DNA of 63,966 nucleotides, counting the filler, from Rhabdomonas costata (lineage: Eukaryota): NCBI GenBank assembly GCA_019059605.1. It is 50 parts of 50 records of this genome, joined end to end, with 100 filler letters (N's around TTAATTAATTAA, not from the genome) between each part and the next. Parts side by side here need not be neighbours in the genome. Positions count along the whole stretch, not along the records: positions 11,539 to 12,720 come from JAHMHO010024696.1; positions 12,821 to 14,002 come from JAHMHO010024697.1; positions 14,103 to 15,284 come from JAHMHO010024698.1; positions 15,385 to 16,566 come from JAHMHO010024699.1; positions 16,667 to 17,849 come from JAHMHO010024700.1; positions 17,950 to 19,132 come from JAHMHO010024701.1; positions 19,233 to 20,412 come from JAHMHO010024702.1; positions 20,513 to 21,694 come from JAHMHO010024703.1; 42 more parts are not named here. One strand, written 5' to 3'. The translations under genes were made by a program, and so were the position numbers. The notes below the pieces were generated by a model. The model searched no databases. It had not been told where the DNA came from and was given only the letters and a program-made list of their open reading frames with translations. This document shows positions 11,882 to 23,251 of this stretch, one piece after another; position 1 is the first letter of the stretch, and each line of letters opens with the position of its first letter.

Positions 11882-13881
11882 TGTTCTCTTTCCTCTGTGG
11901 GGCGGGATTCTGTAGTTGTGCCAAATAAAACTTGGGTGCATGCGGCCGCTGAAGGAACATCTGACCACGAATTCGCTTCCCCCTTCATTGCCACATCAAA
12001 GCGTCACCAGGGTGACGACAGGGTTGTATGCACACAATTTTTAACGTCCACAAGAAAACACAAACCCTGCAACCTGAGTCTCTGGCGGTGCTCGGATGAC
12101 CGCCAGATCACCAAAGCACACCGAAGAGCAAGTGGTAGAGCTTCGGATGGAAAGCCAGTCTCAATTCCTCTCCACCCCACCCACTCCGCCCCGGACGTCA
12201 TGCAGACCTCATGTGCTTCAAGAAGCAAGGAATGTCTGAAAAATGGCGGTCACTCGGAGAGGCAATGGGGAAGGAGATGCGATTTCAAAGAGGAGGGACC
12301 GACGGTGGCTGTCGGGGACCGAGGCGGGGGACGCCACACTCACTCAGCCGCTGGCAGAGTGGGGTGTGGTGCTCGAAAATGTACCGCGTCTTCCGCGAAG
12401 GACAAGCACGGGGCGGGAAGGGCGCCCGCTCCTCTGGGCAGAGGAAAAGGTGGATACGCGGCCGAGCTGCTGCCGGTCACAAGGGCACGGCACATAGGAA
12501 TAGTACCTCCCCTCCAAATATACAAGAAGCGGGGCAAACGGCAGCAAAAGCACGGTTGCTGCAACATAATGGTAGCTTCTTTGGAAATGGAAGAGGGGAG
12601 CACACCACAGCAGCTAAACAACGCGCATGCGCATGAACGAAAGGGAGGAGGCAAAGGGCAACGCGCAACACATCTATCGGACCTTTTCTCTAAACACACA
12701 AACCAACCACACCCACCACANNNNNNNNNNNNNNNNNNNNNNNNNNNNNNNNNNNNNNNNNNNNTTAATTAATTAANNNNNNNNNNNNNNNNNNNNNNNN
12801 NNNNNNNNNNNNNNNNNNNNGTGGTGGGTGTGTTTGGGGTGTTTGGGATGTTGGCTGCAGGGTTGTCGGGCTGATGACGTTGTGCTGATTTTTTCTGCAT
12901 TCTGGGGAATTCTTCCAGGTTACAACCTATAAAGGATGTTCCCTGGAATCGGGTGTGCATGTGTGTGTGGGGGGTTGCCATACTTCCCGATGTGCTTCAG
13001 CTTCACGCCAGAGGGCTTGCGGTCCTTGCTGTCCGCACCCGTGGGAGAGAGCATTTTTGACTTTGCACTTTGCGCAAACCGCCACTGAAGAGGGACGCGC
13101 ACTCGCGCGCAGCGCTCACCCAGACACGCACGAGCACAAAGAGGAGTTCGGCCTCCTGTGACGAGCAAGGGGGGGGGCGGAAGAGAAGGCTGCAGGGATC
13201 GAGGGGAGAGAGAGGGCCCTTCCCCTTGTGGTAGCAGGTGGAAGAAGAGGCGAGGTAGAAGCAGAGGGTTAGCCCCTCAATGAGACATGCACCGCAGGGA
13301 CCCCCCGGAAACACACGCGCCCCCCGAGCGAAGGGAAAGTAGTGGGAGAAGAAGAAGAGAACGCAATCAACACCAAACAAAAGGGGGGGACCACAAAAAA
13401 CAACAAGACCTGGAAGCAAGGAAGCAAGGAAGAAGTCACAGGCAGGCTCCGGACGTCCCCCTCCTGTGCATGTATTCTTTGGCTATCATGTCAGCTGATC
13501 GACGAGGAGTCATTCTGTCGAAAGACTGGGGGGGAGGGGGAGGTATCCGTGAAACAGTGACAGCAAACAATTGCACAACCGAATACAATTCCGGGAATTG
13601 ACTCCACCAATTATTCTGCTTTTTTTATACCGTTTGCAATGCTTCAAACCCAGATAGGAGGGAGAAGCCTGTGATTTTGCAGCACCGAGCTCTTCCTCTT
13701 TTCAACAGCACCGCTGGAGCTTGGCACTCGCTTACCTTCTGCATCTTTTCTTCCACCTCTTTCCCGCTTGTAACCTTGCATCGCCCTGCATCCCCATGCG
13801 ATTCTTCAGCTTGAATTCCAAGAGTACTTTTTTGCTGGGTTGCACGGAGGGGGCATACCGTCGTTGTGTCGCTGTGCTCAG

Positions 13882-13996
13882 GCCAAGTTGTCCAAATAGT
13901 TCCGTTAACGCAGTCGAATCCGCCGCGACCAATAGCCCCATCATCGCCAAGTTGTCCAAATAGTTCCGTTAACGCAGTCGAATCCGCCGCGACCAA
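13882..13996. repeat. Perfect 51-bp direct repeat (13882-13932, 13946-13996) at a contig end, probably an amplification or assembly artefact
   Basis: GCCAAGTTGTCCAAATAGTTCCGTTAACGCAGTCGAATCCGCCGCGACCAA occurs twice, immediately before the A/C tail. Confidence 0.9.
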
Positions 13997-16666
13997 CAAC
14001 CCNNNNNNNNNNNNNNNNNNNNNNNNNNNNNNNNNNNNNNNNNNNNTTAATTAATTAANNNNNNNNNNNNNNNNNNNNNNNNNNNNNNNNNNNNNNNNNN
14101 NNTGTTTTGTTTCAGCCTTCTCAAAGTGCCTGTTAACAGTGCGATATTGCCTCCATCCCCGAAATCCATTGCATCAGGAAAGCGTCTTTTCTTAATGCAG
14201 GAAGTTCAACCCCGTCAGCGTTACTCACTGTGGTCATGATCAGGTTTTTGCTCATAGTTAGGGTTGCGCCAGCCGTGGATGGTCGATGAGAAGAAGAAAG
14301 ACTTGGTCACGCACTGAAATGGCATCTCTATGTGGCTCGTGAGGAGATATGTGGTCGAGGTGGCGCTGAAACTGAAAATGAAACAAGTGTGGCGCCAGGC
14401 CAGGCGGATACGGGTCCTTCGTCTTTGTCTGCCTCTCATTGGATTAGTTCGGTGCCCATGCTCTCGCTCAGGTGGATCTTGAACCGCGACCTGAAGCTGG
14501 GGATCACCTGGAACACGGGCGGGGTCAACGGGTTTGGAATGAGCAATCAGACAGCCCGCACCGATCTCAAAATAAGTATGCCTCTGCATCACTGCGTGCA
14601 TACGTTGGGTTTCAACTCCGTTTAACGCCCCACCCCCCCAATCCCTTCCGCACACAAGCAGACTATAACCATAATGCTATGGACTATCCACTTTGCACTT
14701 TGCAGATGATCTGCTGCAATTCGCCAGTGGCAACTCGATGTACTCCGTCAACTCATACCTGGCTGCTGATCTTGCAGTGCTGCAATACCAGGTGGTTGAA
14801 ATAGCTTGCATGCCTTATTTGCAGGAGGGTTTTCCATGTCCAATGTCCATGGTGAGGTTGATTGCTACAACGTTTGTGTCTGAGTTGGTACGCGTTTAGA
14901 TGGCGGCACATTGGGTGCCGAAAAATGTGACAGGAATGTCCAAATCCGTCGCCAGATGTTCGCCATGAAGAGCAGAGGCTTATGTTGTACGGAGTTGCGC
15001 ACATGAAGGCACAACATTTCAGATAAACGGTATGAAGGGAGAGGGGCAGGAACGAAACAAGCAATGAAACAAGCAATCGAGGACCCCCTTGGAAAAGTTC
15101 ATCGGCCGTTAGCTAGAGCTGTGGATACCTCCAGGTTTGTGCCGTCGGATACCCTTCGTGAGCGTGTCCTTTTTCTTCTTTTTTTTTTTTTTTGCTTTTC
15201 AGGTGGGCCTAATCTACGACGTGAGGTACAACGTTCAACATTTCCGCTACACTGAGGACCAAATCACCAACCACACCCACCACANNNNNNNNNNNNNNNN
15301 NNNNNNNNNNNNNNNNNNNNNNNNNNNNTTAATTAATTAANNNNNNNNNNNNNNNNNNNNNNNNNNNNNNNNNNNNNNNNNNNNGGGGTTTGGGGGCGGA
15401 ACCTCAGGAACTCTCGGGTTACAGTTGGTTTCCAGTGTCTCTTTTGCTCTTTTGCAGCTGTATCTAACCTTTTCCACTTATGAGAATTGTTCTATGACGA
15501 GTTCTGTGTTTCGAAAGGCGTAGTTTTTTCTTTCCGTTTAGTGGAAGAATGTCAAGGGTTTTTCAGCATACGAGGGTTCCCAAAACGGTTCCAGTGATGA
15601 GTTTTGGTTCACTTCACTTTAAACTTTAAAACTACTGCTGACTAAGAACCATCCTCTGGTTGGAATTTGGGCGGACAGCACTATTTACGGGGCAAAGGCG
15701 AGTGACACGGGGAGAACCGTGACGGTGTTGTCCATTAAGGACTCAAAATTCAGTGGAAAATGGGCACACAAGAAACCACAGCACCCAAGAAAAAGCAGAA
15801 TAACAGCAAAGCTTCGTCATTACAGTTTCTTTTGTGGGAAGAGGGATTTGAAGTTTGCTAGGAGGCGGGGGTGCACCGCACCCGGATGGTGGCATTGTAA
15901 GGGGGGCCGACGAAGGCACGGGAGAAGTTCTGCAGCCAGTCCTCCCTCCATGACAGTGCGGGGAGGGCGACGCTGCGGTGGCCGGTGACGTTCCCTGAGA
16001 GCAGCCAGGTCAGGGCGTCCGCCCCGACGTTGCGGCTCACGCCCATAAAGTCGCCACTGGAGTAGCCCACGCCTACGCTCACCACCGTTGGGATGGTCTG
16101 CAGCCCAAGCAAGAACAGCTTGCGAAGCTCCATGGGAAAGGGCTCTCCTGAATAGGAAGGATAAAAAGTCAATCTGGATGAAATGCCAACTGAAAACATA
16201 GAAGCGCGGTGTGATGCGGGTGCATTAAGCTCCAGGCGAACTTGACCGGCTTCCTTTTTGAGCCATGAACAACAATTTGCCGTCTTGCACAGCTGCAATC
16301 ACACCAAGCCACAAAGTGTGAAAGACACATCTCACGTCTTTTCGGTCTCATGTCTCATGTAACATGTATGTGAACGGAGAAAAAAAAGACAAACTGCTGT
16401 TCTCTAATGCAAAAAAATCCCAGTAAATGCAGATGGCTTAGACCTGGGCCCATTATGGGCCCATCTGCATTCACTGGGATTTTTTTTGCATCAAAACCAA
16501 ACCTTAACACAAACCTTTTACAGGGCCTAAACTTGACGTGAAAAAAGAATGGCAACACAAAACCACNNNNNNNNNNNNNNNNNNNNNNNNNNNNNNNNNN
16601 NNNNNNNNNNTTAATTAATTAANNNNNNNNNNNNNNNNNNNNNNNNNNNNNNNNNNNNNNNNNNNN

Positions 16667-16750
16667 GTGTGCGTGTGCGTGTGCGTGTGCGTGTGCGTGT
16701 GCGTGTGCGTGTGCGTGCGTGTGCGCGTGCGTGTGCGTGTGCGTGTGTGT
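16667..16750. repeat. (GTGTGC)n hexanucleotide microsatellite
   Basis: Read directly. It produces the spurious RVRVRV and HAHAHA ORFs. Confidence 0.95.
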
Positions 16751-18291
16751 GGGGGGGGGGACCGCGTGGGCGCGTTTGCACACCTTTGAAAGACTTTTTC
16801 CCATATAGTGGTCTTCCCATTCGGGCTGGTATTCCATTAGTAGCTTCAAGCTGCGTACTTTTCTCAATGGAAAAATGTCGGGGGTGTCAACAACCCGATG
16901 TGTGCTTACCTAATCACCGGGTCAAAAATTTGCGTTCCCCCCCCCCCTTTGGACACCACCCGAAGATGCCTTTGCAGACGTTGCTTATTCATTCGAACCA
17001 ACGCGGGGGTGAATCTCCGGGAATGGGGGGTCGCTTTTGGCTTGGGCCTAGCTCCTTGGGTCCCTGCCTTCCCCGTTGCATGGCGTCTTTCCTTTCATTC
17101 CGGCAAACAAAAGCGATGAGGAGGCCTTCCTGCAGAAGCTAAGTGAGGTGCACAAGTTTCTCCCAGGGCATCGCTTTGCCCGGATTGGGGACATTTTGGA
17201 GGAGCTTGAGGCCTCCGGCCGCTCGGTGTGTGCGTGCAACCCGCGGCGCAGTTCTTAAGGGACCGGTAAAATTCTGAAGGCCTCCCAACAAAGGCGGGAT
17301 GGGCATAACCCCCAAAACAGCGGGAGAGTTTAATCATTGCCTATCGAAGGATTTCCTCCCTTGAAATTATCCCTTCGTGCTGACAATGTTCATGTGTGTG
17401 TGCATTGCATCGCACGAGCCTGAGAGGGGGAGGTGTTTTTGTCTTTTAGAGTTCCACTGCCGGTGTGAAATCCAGGCTGACGCTCTGCGTTCTTTGTTGC
17501 AATTGTTCACGTGCCTCGGGTTTTCGACGCACCCGCACGGCACCTCCTTATTTCAACCACATGTCACATAACACCGTGCCCCAAAGTTGTGGTCTCGTTG
17601 TTGCCTCAGACATCAGTCTCATTTATATGCTGCATTGACATTTGGCCTCGCAAAATGCATGCTTGATTCAGTTTAGATGCTTGATTTTTCAAATCTCGAA
17701 CTCATGCGCAGAAGGCCGGAGTTCACCAGAAGGCCGAGACATCAGCGGCACCTCAGCGAGCGCGCAATACGCTCACCACACACACAAAAAAAAAGACGGA
17801 GCTTCAAAGGCCCGAGCAGCAATGGAGCAAGCGCGGTAGCACAACAACANNNNNNNNNNNNNNNNNNNNNNNNNNNNNNNNNNNNNNNNNNNNTTAATTA
17901 ATTAANNNNNNNNNNNNNNNNNNNNNNNNNNNNNNNNNNNNNNNNNNNNTGTGGGTGTGTTTGGGGGTTTTGGCCGGCATTTCTTTTTGGCGACGGAAAT
18001 GCGAAAGGGCGACAAGGAATCAAAGAAAGTCAAATTGGGTTTACGGGTGTGTTGGTGGTCTGTATGTGTCCGCAAATGTGCGTGTGACCTTTGTGGGTGA
18101 CCAAAGGGAGAGAAGCGAAGCAGGCAGGGAGGCTCCTTTCTCTCACTTTCCGTTGGGTGGCTAAACTCTCACTTTCTCGAGAGGAGGTGGCCGGGGACTG
18201 CAGCATTGCATTGGGATCCACGTGCGCCTGCTGTGCTTTCCCGAGACCACGGAGTGGAAGAGAGGAAAGGTGCACGGGGCTGCCAAGACGG

Positions 18292-18293
<2 letters not shown>

Positions 18294-18322
<29 letters not shown>
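18294..18322. repeat. (CA)n microsatellite
   Basis: Read directly. Confidence 0.95.
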
Positions 18323-18325
<3 letters not shown>

Positions 18326-18588
18326 CTTCCGGATGTCGCTTCCAGGACCCACGCGTCCCCCCTCCCCCCTGCGGAGATCGGGTTTCGGAAACTGTTTCGC
18401 AGGGCAGGCATTATTTGCATATATTTTATCTTATTCCGCTTTTTTGCAATTTGTTTTCTTTTTGAAATGTTTTCATTTGCAAAAAAGGCCGGCCTGGTTT
18501 TCGCCTCATTTCAGGCAGGCAAGGAGGTAAAGGTGGTGAGAGCAAACGGATATTCAGGCATTGATGACGCATCTACGCAGATGCACGC

Positions 18589-18687
18589 CTCAGAGAAGGC
18601 CTTCTCCACCATGTAGAACCGCCGGAAGCCCCCAGGGTGCTGCAGGGCCGTGGCCATCCCCTCCCCCTGGTGCCCATCACTCGCCGC
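18589..18687 (-). CDS. Exon of an Avt3/Avt4-like vacuolar amino-acid transporter N-terminus, with a GC donor
   Basis: 99-nt phase-0 exon TAG|AASDGHQGEGMATALQHPGGFRRFYMVEKAFSE|GCGTGC. PGGFRR is the motif I recall from Avt3/4 N-termini. A candidate upstream exon (VYDVHRAILSR) lies near 19060-19115 and a downstream one near 18172-18226. Confidence 0.55.
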
Positions 18688-19517
18688 CTAAGTGAGAGGG
18701 ACCTCACATCCCCGTTCCCCACGCCAGCATTTAGAACCCACCAGGCCAAACAAGCCTGTGATCGGCTGTGAGCCAGAACCCACAATCCGAAAGAAACCAA
18801 ACCAACGAAACGAAACCATAGCAAACCGTTCATAAGAAAAAGTACTGCGCAGATTTGAAAGGGAGAACAGAGAACAGGAAACCACACACCGACATGTCAG
18901 AAAGGATGCGATTATGAAACTGCCTCATGAGAGCGACTCACGTGGAAGTTCAGAAGTTCAGTGCGAGCAAAGACCACAGTTACACCACTAAGGTGTAGAA
19001 TCGAACAATTGAAGAAGGGGGAGGGGAACAGGGGCGTAGTTGAGAGGACGGTGCATTGCCCTGGGGCGAGCAAAGTCGATGTTGCGGGAGAGGATAGCGC
19101 GGTGCACATCGTACACCTGTGAAACCACCAACNNNNNNNNNNNNNNNNNNNNNNNNNNNNNNNNNNNNNNNNNNNNTTAATTAATTAANNNNNNNNNNNN
19201 NNNNNNNNNNNNNNNNNNNNNNNNNNNNNNNNCGGTCCTTGGGGTCAATATTTTCTGACTTCATCACCCTCGGCCGGTTGTGGTGCCCTTAGGTTCTTTC
19301 GCATCCCTTTTGTGCCGCTTCTTGCCCCATGCAGAGGGGGGTTTACGACAGCACCCACAACGTATTTACAAAAAAACAAACCCACTCCGAACGGGGCCAG
19401 GCAACTGGCTCTTGGCCGCCTGAAGCCCACAAACATCACTGTATCATTCTGAAGAAACACAGTATCAGGAATGAGTTCTGGAGACGCCGCATCACAAGCA
19501 TCATTTGGGCAAACTAC

Positions 19518-20404
19518 CTCCCGCCAGCGTCCAAAATCCCCGTGGCAATAATGCACCCGAACTTCGTCATCAGCTCTTCATGCTTGTCCTGTGCAAAAGA
19601 AAAAACACAAGAAATGTGGGAGGTGAAGCAGGACTCGAAGGCACCTCCGCCCCCTTCCGAGCTTCCAACTTTGGATTCGGGTGGGCCGCCGGAGCCTCAC
19701 CGTCTGTGTTTGGCGGCGCTATGCTAATCTCACTTGTCTAGCGACCGAAGGTGCAGGTGCGCTTGAAGTTCTTCACTGGGCTTCAATTCGCCTGCACCCT
19801 CCTCCACCCCCCAGAGCGGACCTTTACTCTCTCCAGGAGTGTCTTGCGCAGGTTGGTGGCCTTCTCGTTGTCCTTCGGCTGGTGAGACAGAACCATGGCC
19901 AAGCTCATATAGGCGATCTGACGGATGTAGTCCACAGGGTCCTTCGTGAGGCGCTCCAGGACTTCCACAGCGTCCTGTGCGAAGACCCAGCGGTGCCCAG
20001 CTGTTGTCTTCATCTGAACACCTTGATTATTCATACAGCATTGCAGAAGCAGAGTCGTAAAGGCCCCAGCCGGTTCCCACGCGACTTCATAGCCCACGAC
20101 AGCCTGTCATTGCATCATCACGCATTATTATGAAAGCAGTGCGTCTGTGTCTCTCCCAATGATTGACAAGAAGTAGGGAAGCATCATGACGAAAGAAAAG
20201 TGTTGCAACAAGCGAAAGGGCACTCGGTTGTGGAATGCCGTCGCATTCACCACAGTGCAAACACCCCGTACACAGCAGCAAATAAGTAAAAGGCCCCAGC
20301 CATTGTGTGAAGCGGGAGGTAGTGCCACCTTGATTCCTGTGCTGGCACACGCGATTCCAATCGCCAGGGCCACTCCGTACCGCGTGTGCGGGTTGTACGA
20401 GTCC
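19518..20404 (-). CDS. RPN2: 26S proteasome regulatory subunit Rpn2/PSMD1, three exons (20329-~20404, 19822-19974, 19518-19588)
   Basis: Spliced translation DSYNPHTRYGVALAIGIACASTGIK|DAVEVLERLTKDPVDYIRQIAYMSLAMVL...LLERVK|DKHEELMTKFGCIIATGILDAGG matches the Rpn2 PC-repeat region. Both introns are GT-AG and phase-consistent. Confidence 0.94.
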
Positions 20405-20946
20405 CCCCACCCNNNNNNNNNNNNNNNNNNNNNNNNNNNNNNNNNNNNNNNNNNNNTTAATTAATTAANNNNNNNNNNNNNNNNNNNNNNNNNNNNNNNN
20501 NNNNNNNNNNNNTGTGTTGTTTGCTCGGCTGACGCTGGACGAAGACGGGTCGGGTGATTTGATTCTTGGGTGGCCTCGCCTACCAAGCAAAGCGATATTG
20601 TCAATGGAACGGAGGTTGATTGAAGCCTCTTGAGTGCGGTGTAATGAAATAATATTCCATTGTCTTTGCGGGGGGGGGGGTAGTTGTTTCAGTCGCATCC
20701 CTGCCTGGGCCTGAGCAAGCGTAGCCAAGCCAAGCCTAGCCAAGCCAAGCGTAGCCTGCTTGCCCGGGCAGATGTCTTACCGTCTGCCAGTTGTAACAAG
20801 CTATCACCTCATTGTACAACAGCAATGTTTACCATTTGCTGGAAGCAAAGCCGTGCAATTTAAAGAGAAAGGTGAATGCAAGTGAAGGGTGCCTTTCCTT
20901 TGTTTTGTTGTTTATGTTCTGCTCATGCAAGCTTTCTCCGAGCAAG

Positions 20947-21694
20947 ATGGTCCCAAGTTCCGACTTCCAGGAACGTAAGCTGCAGGCCATTGTCTCTGCA
21001 GCTCTTGTGGTTCTGGTGCTTGCAGCCGCACCAGCCGATGCAAGCCTTGTTCGCACCTCTGATCCCACACTCGACTGGACACAATGCACCAAGGCCAGTC
21101 ATAAAGACTTCCAGTGCGCCATAGCAATTGTTCCTCTGGACTATGCCCGGCCCACCGCGGGAACAATTCAGCTCTCCGTCGTCCGTCGCCCCGCAGAGAA
21201 CTCCGCGGCGCGCCTGGGCAGCCTGTTCATCAACCCTGGCGGGCCTGGGATCCCAGGGGCGGAGATATTTCCCAAGATGTACCCGGCCTTTCCAGATGCC
21301 GTGCGGCAGCGGTTCGACCTTATCAGCTGGGACCCTCGAGGGGTCGGCAGCAGCACCGGTGTTAAATGTTTCACCTCCACTGAGGAGTCCGCAGCCTTCT
21401 TCGCTAATGTGCCCATCGGCTTTCCTCGCGGTGAGCACGAGGAGAAGGTCTGGATTCGCACCTACGCCGAGTTTGCCCGCCGCTGCAAGGACCGGAACCC
21501 CGAGCTGCTGGAGCATGTCTCCACCGCGGACTCGGCGCAGGACCTGGACTTTCTGCGCGCCGCGGTGGGCGAGGAGAAGCTGAACTACTACGGAGTCTCC
21601 TATGGCACCTTTCTGGGAGCGACGTATCTCAACATGTTTCCGTCTCACGCGAACCGGATCATTCTGGACAGCAATGTGCTACCCACCACCACCC
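20947..21694 (+). CDS. Secreted alpha/beta-hydrolase, tripeptidyl aminopeptidase (TAP/Hip1)-like; intronless, 3' truncated
   Basis: Signal-peptide-like N-terminus, then VPLDY, GSLFINPGGPG, FDLISWDPRGVG, STADSAQDLDFLR and the nucleophile elbow GVSYG. Confidence 0.9.
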
Positions 21695-23080
21695 NNNNNN
21701 NNNNNNNNNNNNNNNNNNNNNNNNNNNNNNNNNNNNNNTTAATTAATTAANNNNNNNNNNNNNNNNNNNNNNNNNNNNNNNNNNNNNNNNNNNNAAACTT
21801 ATTGTTACTCAGTGCAACGTATATGCTACTCTTGGTGAAAATGCAAGTATTATCTGAAATGTAAGTGTCAGAACCACGTGTAACTGGCAGTGATGATGCA
21901 GTGGTAGTCAATATCTCGGAGTGATGGGCAATCTAGAATCTACTGCATGGAGTTACTGTGCTCATTGATGTTCATAGATTTTGTTTCTGTGCCCACGGAG
22001 TAACCGCACTGATGTGAGCGGTGCGTTTCATATAAAAATGTGTTTGAACGATGGTAAGAGATTCAAAAATGACCCACTGGAACATAATAACGGTTATTAG
22101 AACAAAAAGCTCCCGTATGGCCAGGAAGTACATCCTGGAGCTGTCCAGAAAACAGTGCATGCGGCTAGGGTAGCAGCGAGGATCTGGTGGTCTCCTATAA
22201 GCGGCTGTGGAGACGCCTCTCCAGTTCAGTGGCTCGGATGGTGGCCAGGTTGCTGCCGCGTGGTGTTGGGACTTGTTCTGTGCATTCATATCAGGTTTCC
22301 GTTCCTGAAGAACGCTGAAAACTACCATAAGCCTTGCACTGAAGAATGTGTGTTAATAAATTCATAAATCTTCCATTCTAATTACTATTCATACTGCCGC
22401 CTCTCAACAATCCTTTGTTTTTTCATCTGTACACTCTTCTTAGGAGAGATTCGAGTACACCAGCTTGCAGGATCACATTATTTACTTCTTCATTCTCATT
22501 CGCTCTATGTTTGTTCTCTCTGTGTGGAACCCACTTTCAAGACAAAATTTTAAAACGAAAAAGAAAATCAATTCAGACCTGCCAGGTGTGAAACAATCGG
22601 CGGCATTGAGTCACTCTCTGCAAAGGCTGTATGACTTCCGCAGCAGCCGCAAGCATTATACAGCGGTGATTTAAATTTTCCAAGCAAGTAGTATTCTTAG
22701 ATTTTCCAGTAGTATTTTTACTAACCTCGTAACATTTTGGCAAATTAGACAAACATGGTTGAGAGAGTCGACCAATTTAGTGATTTTATGTCTCAATTCC
22801 TCGGTAGGCTGCTGTGCGTAACACTTTAGACACTATGCATTTAACCAATTTTGGTTCTCAGAAAGCTTTGTGCACGTTGAATAACTCCTGTTCAGACAGA
22901 ACTATTTATATGCTAAAGCACACTGCATTCCCAATTGAGCAATTTACTAGATTCAAACAGGGTTGTACCACCACACNNNNNNNNNNNNNNNNNNNNNNNN
23001 NNNNNNNNNNNNNNNNNNNNTTAATTAATTAANNNNNNNNNNNNNNNNNNNNNNNNNNNNNNNNNNNNNNNNNNNNGGGT

Positions 23081-23251
23081 GGTGCCCTTGCGCTGCCTGG
23101 GGTTGTTTTTGGGAAAGCGCTGGTGGCACCCCTCAGCTCCCTCCCTAACCGATTGTGGGTTTTCCGTGGCGTGTGTGGGTTAGCATTGCTTGCTTTGTGT
23201 GGGTGCCCTTGCGCTGCCTGGGGTTGTTTTTGGGAAAGCGCTGGTGGCACC
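23081..23251. repeat. Perfect 50-bp direct repeat (23081-23130, 23202-23251) at a contig start, probably an artefact
   Basis: GGTGCCCTTGCGCTGCCTGGGGTTGTTTTTGGGAAAGCGCTGGTGGCACC occurs twice. Confidence 0.9.

Noticed and set aside
16669..17142. ORFs with RVRVRV, HTHTHT or CTVLY repeats (also 33337-33737)
   Set aside because: They are translations of microsatellites.
20923..21648. Long antisense or alternative-frame ORFs (also 287-976, 51342-52061, 7865-8482, 56573-57085)
   Set aside because: They are shadows of recognisable genes on the other strand or frame and have no motifs of their own.
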